Source: Stratiformator vulcanicus
Lineage (GTDB): Bacteria; Planctomycetota; Planctomycetia; Planctomycetales; Planctomycetaceae
Direction of reading: 5' to 3'
NCBI RefSeq assembly: GCF_007744515.1
Contig: NZ_CP036268.1
Coordinates: 3,676,088 to 3,740,087, forward strand
Length of the DNA: 64,000 nt
In this document: positions 57,969 to 64,000 of the stretch, in pieces
How positions within the stretch are numbered: the stretch's first letter is position 1
How the letters are laid out: every line of letters starts with the position of its first letter
The notes under the pieces: model-generated
What the model was told of the DNA's origin: nothing
What the model saw: the letters and a program-made list of their open reading frames with translations, nothing else
The model's database searches: none
Made by a program: the position numbers and the translations under genes

Positions 57969-58493
57969 ATGCCGAAACTCAGACGCCTCACCAACGAAGA
58001 CCGAGCCGATCTCACCGCCTACCTCGACGGCGAGTTGGGAGAGGACCGCACGCAGCAAATCGACTCGCTCCTCGCAGAGAACGACATCGCCCGTAAGGAA
58101 GTCGCCCGCTTGGAGCAAACGTGGAACCTGCTCGACACGTTGCCTCGCACAACCGCCTCACCGGAGTTCACGTCGCGTACGGTCGCGTCGATCCGAGTGG
58201 AGCGCAAGCCGCCGCCGGCAGCACTCGTCAAAGCGGCCGAATATGGTCGACGGGGACTGCTGACCTTAGTCTGGATCGCGTTGATCTCCGCCGGCGCGGC
58301 CGCGGGGTATCTTGGCGGCCGGGAATTGGTCCCTTCGCGACATGACGACTTAATTCAAGACTTCGAACTGATCGACCGCATCGATCTTTATGACGACGTC
58401 GGTGACCTGCAGTTTCTGCAGACGTTGCACGATTCGGGCACGCTGAGGAATTGGAATGCGAACAACGCCGCGTCCGAAGACGGGAGTCCCTGA
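57969..58493 (+). CDS. putative anti-sigma factor (single TM)
   Basis: Directly downstream of the ECF sigma gene; N-terminal DLTAYLDGEL motif typical of anti-sigma factors; one TM (LLTLVWIALISAGAAAGYLGG). Confidence 0.6.
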   Translation: MPKLRRLTNEDRADLTAYLDGELGEDRTQQIDSLLAENDIARKEVARLEQTWNLLDTLPRTTASPEFTSRTVASIRVERKPPPAALVKAAEYGRRGLLTLVWIALISAGAAAGYLGGRELVPSRHDDLIQDFELIDRIDLYDDVGDLQFLQTLHDSGTLRNWNANNAASEDGSP

Positions 58494-59608
58494 TGACCGA
58501 TCTGCCATGCGGCTATCGTCAATCACGCCTGGGCCCTGTCGTTTGCCTTGGCGCGGCACTGATCTTGTTGCTGGGCGGCGATTCTTACGAAGCGGCTCGT
58601 AGTCGAATCGAGTCGATGACCAAGGCCGAACGTGCCCGTCTGAAGGTGCGATACGAGAGTTTCCAGCAACTCTCCCAAGCAGAGCAGGCTGAGATTCGAG
58701 CGATTCACACAGCCGTCTCACAGAACTCCGCCCTGCTGCAAACGGCCCGCACTTACCGAGAATTTCTCGACGTGCTTCCGACCTATCGTCGCGAAGAACT
58801 GCGTCAGGAAACGGACCCTGCGAAGCGGCTGACCCTCATCCGCGAGTCACTGGACGATCTCAACGGGACCGGACAGGACCCCGGCGGTGACGTTGACGAC
58901 AATCGCCGTCGATTCAATCGGCTCGATACCGATGAACTCAATGCGGTCATGCTGGCGGTCTCGCGGGGCCTCGAATTCACGCCCGACGAGCGAAAAAAGT
59001 TCGCCACAATGCCAACCGCCGCCAGAAACGCTTGGATCGTAAGTCGCGCGATCCAGTCGGTCGAGAATCGCAAGCCGTCGGCGTGGGCATGGCTCGCCAA
59101 AGACGCCGACACGATCATCGCCGCACTACCGGAAGATCGGCGGTCTCGCTTGGAGTCGGCAACACAGGATGAAGGCCAGATGCGACGGGCGCTTGTTCTC
59201 GGCTTCCTGATTTTTGACCCGCTGATGCAGCAGTGGCGCGACTATCTCGAAGGACTCGTCTCGGAAGAGGATTTGGAGAAATACGTGACTGATACGAACG
59301 ATCTGAAACTGTTGTCCGAACTTATCCGCGATCCCGACAACGTCCGTCGCGAAATGACCGCGGTCTACCTGCGCGAAAATCCCGAAAAAATCGGAATCCC
59401 GGCTGACGATCTGACCGTACTCCGCGACGCCGCCCGCTCGATGCGACAGTTTCCCGGAGACCCTCGCCGCGGTGGATTTCGTCGGGGCGACGGCCCGCCC
59501 GGCCGGCCCGACTTCCGCTTCGGAAGAGACCGTCGTGACGACGACGATCGGCGCCCGCGCCCCGATCGCCGAGGCCCGCGGGGCGGCGGCTCACCTCCTG
59601 AGAACTGA
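58493..59608 (+). CDS. hypothetical exported protein with R/G/D-rich C-terminal tail, translationally coupled to the anti-sigma gene
   Basis: TGATG stop/start overlap at 58491-58495; N-terminal hydrophobic segment; C-terminus GGFRRGDGPPGRPDFRFGRDRRDDDDRRPRPDRRGPRGGG. Confidence 0.5.
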   Translation: MTDLPCGYRQSRLGPVVCLGAALILLLGGDSYEAARSRIESMTKAERARLKVRYESFQQLSQAEQAEIRAIHTAVSQNSALLQTARTYREFLDVLPTYRREELRQETDPAKRLTLIRESLDDLNGTGQDPGGDVDDNRRRFNRLDTDELNAVMLAVSRGLEFTPDERKKFATMPTAARNAWIVSRAIQSVENRKPSAWAWLAKDADTIIAALPEDRRSRLESATQDEGQMRRALVLGFLIFDPLMQQWRDYLEGLVSEEDLEKYVTDTNDLKLLSELIRDPDNVRREMTAVYLRENPEKIGIPADDLTVLRDAARSMRQFPGDPRRGGFRRGDGPPGRPDFRFGRDRRDDDDRRPRPDRRGPRGGGSPPEN

Positions 59609-59709
59609 GAATAACTCGGGGGAGTGGTGCCTGAGCGGATGAGCCGTTACCTTGCATCGATCGACCGCATAGGGAGACGGTCGGCGTATCGGTACAGGGA
59701 CGGAGTCCG

Positions 59710-60906
59710 ATGCATTTCGAATGGGCCCGCGATTCTTTCGACGGCTTCGGTCCGAACCCCTACGCCCCAGGAGGACGTTCGGGGAAGGCGTTTCGCGTTG
59801 ATGGTGCGTCCGGGGCCACGTTGAAAGCCGGCGTCCGGCGGTCATGTGAGAATCGCCCGGGTGTGTATGGCATGCTCGACCACAACGGTCGGCTCATCTA
59901 TGTCGGGAAGTCGATCAAGCTACGAACGCGATTGCTCAGCTACTTTCGCCGCAAGGTCGCCCGCGAAAAACCGGGACAGATCGTCCGTGAAAGTCGGTCG
60001 ATCATCTGGGAAACCGGGCCGAGCGAGTTCGCCTCACTGTTACGCGAGTTGTATCTGATTCGCACGTGGCGACCTCGGTGGAACGTACAGGACCGGCCGC
60101 GCAACGTCCCGCCGAGCTACCTGTGTGTCGGACGCGCACCGGCGCCTTATCTCTACGTCGCCCAAGGACCGCCCGACTCGGCCGATGCGACCTACGGGCC
60201 GTTTTCGAGTCGCGGCCGGCTTTCTCTCGCAGCCGAAGCGCTCAATGAATACTTCCATTTGCGCGACTGCACGCAGCGTCAGCGGATGACGTTTCGTGAC
60301 GACCGCGATTTGTTCGACCCGCCTGAAAGCCTGCGTCCCGGATGCCTGCGGTTTGACCTTCAAACCTGTTCGGGCCCCTGCGTCGCGGGCTGCAGCCGAC
60401 GGGAATATGCGGCTCAAGTGCGTAAGGCGAAACGATTTTTGGATGGAGAGGTCGAGGGCCCCCTCGCAATGTTGGAGCAGGCGATGGACCGCGCTTCGCA
60501 GGAGCAACGTTATGAAGCGGCCGTGCGACTCCGAGATCGAATCGACGCGGTCGGTTGGCTGATAGACCGCCTGGCTTACCTCCGCGAGGCACGACGGCGG
60601 TACCACTTCGTCTATCCGATCACGAGCGGCAGCGGTCGCGTGCTGTGGTACCTCATCGACCGCGGCTCGGTTGCGGGGACGGTCCCGGCTCCGCGGCGAG
60701 GACGGCCCTCGAAATCAGCAGAGGCAGCGCTGCGGTCCTGGTTCGAAGATGGAACGGCCCCTGAAACCAAAGACGCGACCGCCCATCCGACGATCACCAT
60801 CCTCGGCCGATGGTTCAGGAAGCACCCGCAAGAACTCAAGCGAGCGATCGATTTGGAAAGTGCCTTTTCGCTCGCCGTCGGCGAGACGATGGAGGCCGTC
60901 GCCTGA
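59710..60906 (+). CDS. UvrC-homolog (Cho-like) nuclease: GIY-YIG domain plus UVR domain, lacking the C-terminal RNase H-like/HhH domains
   Basis: GIY-YIG motif PGVYGMLDHNGRLIYVGKSIKLRTRLLSYF; UvrC-like Cys cluster; UVR-like helix QEQRYEAAVRLRDRID; 398 aa. Confidence 0.7.
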   Translation: MHFEWARDSFDGFGPNPYAPGGRSGKAFRVDGASGATLKAGVRRSCENRPGVYGMLDHNGRLIYVGKSIKLRTRLLSYFRRKVAREKPGQIVRESRSIIWETGPSEFASLLRELYLIRTWRPRWNVQDRPRNVPPSYLCVGRAPAPYLYVAQGPPDSADATYGPFSSRGRLSLAAEALNEYFHLRDCTQRQRMTFRDDRDLFDPPESLRPGCLRFDLQTCSGPCVAGCSRREYAAQVRKAKRFLDGEVEGPLAMLEQAMDRASQEQRYEAAVRLRDRIDAVGWLIDRLAYLREARRRYHFVYPITSGSGRVLWYLIDRGSVAGTVPAPRRGRPSKSAEAALRSWFEDGTAPETKDATAHPTITILGRWFRKHPQELKRAIDLESAFSLAVGETMEAVA

Positions 60907-61012
60907 GTACAGCTTCAAGACTGTCGGCTCCGATCGGGCAGCTGATCGCATCGGCGCCTTGCGATTGGTCGGACCAATGGGAAAAATGAATTGATTCCTC
61001 AAAGACGCTCCA

Positions 61013-61774
61013 ATGCCTCCCTCCTCCACACCAAATAAGTCAATGAATCTGACCTCGCTGCTTCGAAATGCTTTGCTCGCCGGTTGCCTGCTCGCGGTCG
61101 TCCTGCTAACGACCGTCGCTCGCGCGGCCGATCGCGAATTCCCGGCGTTGAAAGACGCGAACAAAGAGCCCGCGGCAACGCTCAACGAATTGCCGCTAAA
61201 ATTCTTTGCGGACTTCGAAGAGGGCGATGCGGCGAAATTCCAACTCACCGACACGTCGGCTTGGAAAGTCACCAAGCAGGACGGCAACTCGATCTTCGCA
61301 CTGACGAAGCGCAAGAGCGATTACAATCCGCCGGTGCGTGCCCCATACAACCGTGCCCTCGTGAAGGATCTGGATGCCGGGTCGGTCGTGGTTGACGTTC
61401 GGGGTCAATCCACAATGGAGCCTTACAACCACCGCGACCTGTGCCTGTTCTTCAATTACGTCGATGAAAGTCATTTCTACTACGTGCATTTCGGCCAGAA
61501 GGCCGACCCGCACGCGAACCAGATTTTCATCGTCAACGACGCACCGCGGAAGATGATCACGACCGACAAGTCGGACGGCACGCCGTGGACCGATGACTGG
61601 CATCATCTGCGAGTCGTCCGCGATGCCGAGTCGGGCAAGATAGCGGTTTACTTCGATGACATGGATGAGCCGCACATGCAGGCGTCCGATAAGACCTTCA
61701 CCAGCGGCACCGTCGGAATCGGATCCTTCGATGACACCGGCCACTTCGACCGCCTCGCCGTCTACGCGGAATAG
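61013..61774 (+). CDS. secreted DUF1080-like (LamG/3-keto-disaccharide hydrolase fold) protein
   Basis: Signal peptide; W..T.DWHHLRVV...G.IAVYFDD pattern typical of the DUF1080 jelly-roll. Confidence 0.5.
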   Translation: MPPSSTPNKSMNLTSLLRNALLAGCLLAVVLLTTVARAADREFPALKDANKEPAATLNELPLKFFADFEEGDAAKFQLTDTSAWKVTKQDGNSIFALTKRKSDYNPPVRAPYNRALVKDLDAGSVVVDVRGQSTMEPYNHRDLCLFFNYVDESHFYYVHFGQKADPHANQIFIVNDAPRKMITTDKSDGTPWTDDWHHLRVVRDAESGKIAVYFDDMDEPHMQASDKTFTSGTVGIGSFDDTGHFDRLAVYAE

Positions 61775-62604
61775 GCGCTGGTACCGGCATCCGTTGGCGA
61801 TCACCTGCTTCGCACTGTTAATCGGCGTCCATCTGCTCTTCACGCCGCTGGTTCTAGCGCTCTTAGAGCATTGGGCTCTCGGCACGGATCATGTCGAAGA
61901 CTTCTGTCGCACGCTGGGGATCCACGGCTTTCTCAGCGCAATTTATCGACCAGTGATTGGGTTCTTGGACCTTTGAAGGCTCTCCATTGGCTCCGAATTC
62001 GATCGACCCAGTGAGATCGGGCTAGAGTCAACGAGTAGGAATCGAATTACGCGGTCAATCGGAGCTGCCGAAGTTGCAATGGGACTCCAACCGGTTTCAA
62101 TTTGGTATCAGCTACTGATCACGACCGGTCGGCAACTTTTGCAAGGAGCCGTGATAGCAGCGCTCGCGATTGTCTATCTCGTCTACACGCCTTACATCGT
62201 TGTGCGAACAGAGCACTTGGCATTCGGGACAATGCGAACCGCGGAATGGCTGGTTGAAGCCGGTGTTCCGCCGTGGGTCGGTATTTTCTGGAGGCCCGTT
62301 GATGAAGCGATTTTCGGTCGCCCCGATTCGGGCTATCGCGCCGGATACGATGACCCGGTCGACATCACCTGAATCGTTCACATTCTTAGCACCAAGCGTT
62401 TTGTAAGTTCGGATTGCTCCAGAGTGGCACGGACATCGTCCGTGTCGCGCAGCGACCAGAGCATTCAGCTCACTGTTTGAAGCTTGTCGGGGCGCTGACC
62501 ATTATTGAAAGAGTCAGCTGGATACTCTTGCGGCGACGCCGCCCGGACGGTGTCCGGGCCACGCTTCAACTCAAGCACAGTAGGTATCCGCGGGTCTGTT
62601 ATTT

Positions 62605-62628
62605 GGTCCCTTGCTCGCGCTGCGGGCT
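62605..62628. repeat. 24-nt exact repeat, copy 2 (see 5736..5759)
   Basis: Identical to 5736..5759; lies 8 nt downstream of the stop of the minus-strand gene 62636..63412. Confidence 0.7.
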
Positions 62629-62635
62629 TGTTTGG

Positions 62636-63412
62636 CTATGTGATTCGGCGGTTCAGCCGGACGCTGCTGAAGAGGTAGTAATAGACGTAACGCGCGATGA
62701 CAGCGGAGACGGCGAGGCCGATCGGCGCCGCGTAGACCGTCAGCGCATCCTGGCCGATTCGTCTCAGGAAGATCGTCAGTGCTGCGTTGATGGCGACGTC
62801 GACCGTCGCAACCGGGACGAGGCACATCACGCGGAAGGCCGAGCGCCCCAGCACGTCGGCGGCGTGTTCCGGGGGAGGGAAGTTGGTTTGTCGATCAATC
62901 CAGCGCTGCCGCAATCGATCGCGTTCCTCCGGAATGACTTCGCCCGAAAGCACAGCCCTTGGAGCCCCCACCCCGGTGAGCAGCCGCGGGACGTTGTCGA
63001 ACCCTCTGACGGCTTCGTAGATGTCGAATTGATGGCCCTCGATCGTTTGCACATGAAGACAGCGAGCCGGTCGCCCGAAGAACGCCCCGATCGATTCGCG
63101 CACCGAAGAAATCAGTCGCACGGGAATGACGCGACCGTTCGTCGAAAGCAGTGGCTCGTCCGATTCGGAAACAGAAAAGCGGACCGAGCCGAAATGGAAC
63201 CGGTGCAGCCACGTCGACCGGATCAGCATCGCGATCAGAATGGAGTAAAGCCCGGCCGCAAGTCCGAGATGGACCATCCGACTCAAATTGCCGTCAACGG
63301 CGGGCCACGAGCCGACGAACAGGGCCGTGACGATCAATGACAGCAGGACCGTCGAGATGTATTCCGGTAGGTAGACGCTGTTGTAGCGAAGTCGAATCGA
63401 ACGATGAGGCAC
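62636..63412 (-). CDS. membrane protein, bacterial PH-domain (YdbS/YdbT-like) type, tentative
   Basis: Two N-terminal TM helices, a soluble middle domain and two C-terminal TM helices; preferred over the Arg-rich antisense ORF 62414..63340. Confidence 0.45.
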   Translation of the reverse strand: MPHRSIRLRYNSVYLPEYISTVLLSLIVTALFVGSWPAVDGNLSRMVHLGLAAGLYSILIAMLIRSTWLHRFHFGSVRFSVSESDEPLLSTNGRVIPVRLISSVRESIGAFFGRPARCLHVQTIEGHQFDIYEAVRGFDNVPRLLTGVGAPRAVLSGEVIPEERDRLRQRWIDRQTNFPPPEHAADVLGRSAFRVMCLVPVATVDVAINAALTIFLRRIGQDALTVYAAPIGLAVSAVIARYVYYYLFSSVRLNRRIT

Positions 63413-63516
63413 GGCGATCGGCGAGGGTTCGAACCGGGTGAGCGATCTATCTTAGACGGCAACCGCGACCTCGGACAGCAATGCGGGGTCGTGACGGCAA
63501 TAGTACAGCGATCGAC

Positions 63517-64000
63517 CTATCTTGGCGGAGGATCATCTCCCGAAAGGATGCGGACATAGCTGTCGTATCGCACCTTGGGGATCATCTCTTCGTCGACCGC
63601 TCGCTTGACCGCACACTCGGTTTCATGAGTATGCGAGCAATCGGGGAAGCGGCAAGACGGCACGAACGGCCGGAACTCGGCGAAGTAGGCTTCGATTTCG
63701 CCCGAAGACACATCCCACAACTCGAACTGCCGCACGCCTGGAGTATCAATCACATCCCCCCCGAACGGCAGCGGCAACAGAACCGCGCGGCGGGTTGTGT
63801 GTCGGCCCTTCGACGTCCATCCGCTCACGTGAGACGTTTCGAGGCCGTAGTCGGGATAGACGGCATTAAGCAACGAACTTTTCCCGACGCCGCTCTGGCC
63901 GGAGAACACGGTCGTGCGATCGGTTAGCAGCCTTTTGAGCCGATCGATGCCGAACCGGTCGGGGACACTTGTGATCGCGACCGCGTAGGCAAGCCGGGCA
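63517..64000 (-). CDS. rsgA: ribosome small-subunit-dependent GTPase A, C-terminal part (gene start lies beyond the window end)
   Basis: GQSGVGKSSLLNA (G1), DTPG (G3) and C-terminal zinc knuckle CRFPDCSHTHETECAV are diagnostic for RsgA/YjeQ. Confidence 0.85.
   Translation of the reverse strand, partial: ARLAYAVAITSVPDRFGIDRLKRLLTDRTTVFSGQSGVGKSSLLNAVYPDYGLETSHVSGWTSKGRHTTRRAVLLPLPFGGDVIDTPGVRQFELWDVSSGEIEAYFAEFRPFVPSCRFPDCSHTHETECAVKRAVDEEMIPKVRYDSYVRILSGDDPPPR

Noticed and set aside
61794-61976. Possible TTG-initiated 60-aa membrane peptide overlapping the end of the DUF1080 gene
   Set aside because: No ATG start, weak codon bias and partial overlap with a better-supported gene. Noted but not called.
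62079-62372. 97-aa ORF with hydrophobic N-terminus
   Set aside because: Low GC3 and no recognisable features. It could be a real small membrane protein, but the evidence is insufficient for a call.
62414-63340. 308-aa plus-strand ORF
   Set aside because: Arg/Asp-rich, with no hydrophobic core. The fully overlapping minus-strand ORF 62636..63412 has coherent TM helices and is the more plausible gene.
63400-63440. gggttcgaacc motif resembling a tRNA T-arm
   Set aside because: The flanking 5-bp stems are not complementary; no cloverleaf.

Overview
This 64 kb window is GC-rich (roughly 58-60 %), gene-dense chromosomal DNA. The gene content (SHD1-domain and DUF1080 secreted proteins, HEAT-repeat proteins, Tad pseudopilins, many long secreted hypotheticals with low-complexity tails) suggests a Planctomycetota-like genome; that is inference. 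Core metabolism is represented by the end of metF, metH, a glutathione peroxidase, Bcp, YceH and rsgA. Regulatory genes include an ECF sigma/anti-sigma pair and a PP2C phosphatase. The largest block, all on the minus strand (38.4-50.2 kb), is a Wzx/Wzy-dependent polysaccharide biosynthesis cluster: WecB/TagA, two GT2, two tandem CelD/FemAB-like acyltransferases, O-antigen ligase/polymerase, flippase, polysaccharide deacetylase, initiating sugar transferase and a Wzz/GumC copolymerase. Accessory-looking content includes a DUF4058 nuclease-fold gene inserted between metF and metH. Downstream of metH lies a 1.4 kb GC-rich region with no convincing gene, ending in a repeat-flanked HEAR-domain gene. 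There is a three-gene Tad pseudopilin cluster (TadG-VWA plus two TadE), a nucleotidyltransferase-HD fusion protein, and a low-GC islet of small genes next to a standalone HNH endonuclease and a Lacal_2735-family gene. The most striking candidate for an undescribed system is a translationally coupled NfeD-like/flotillin (SPFH) pair followed by a 1840-aa protein with a single AAA_5-type ATPase core (25.3-33.8 kb, minus strand). Its promoter region carries three ACGCGT palindromes spaced about 30 bp apart. I found no rRNA, tRNA or CRISPR array. All calls rest on motif-level reading of the supplied translations; no database searches were run.
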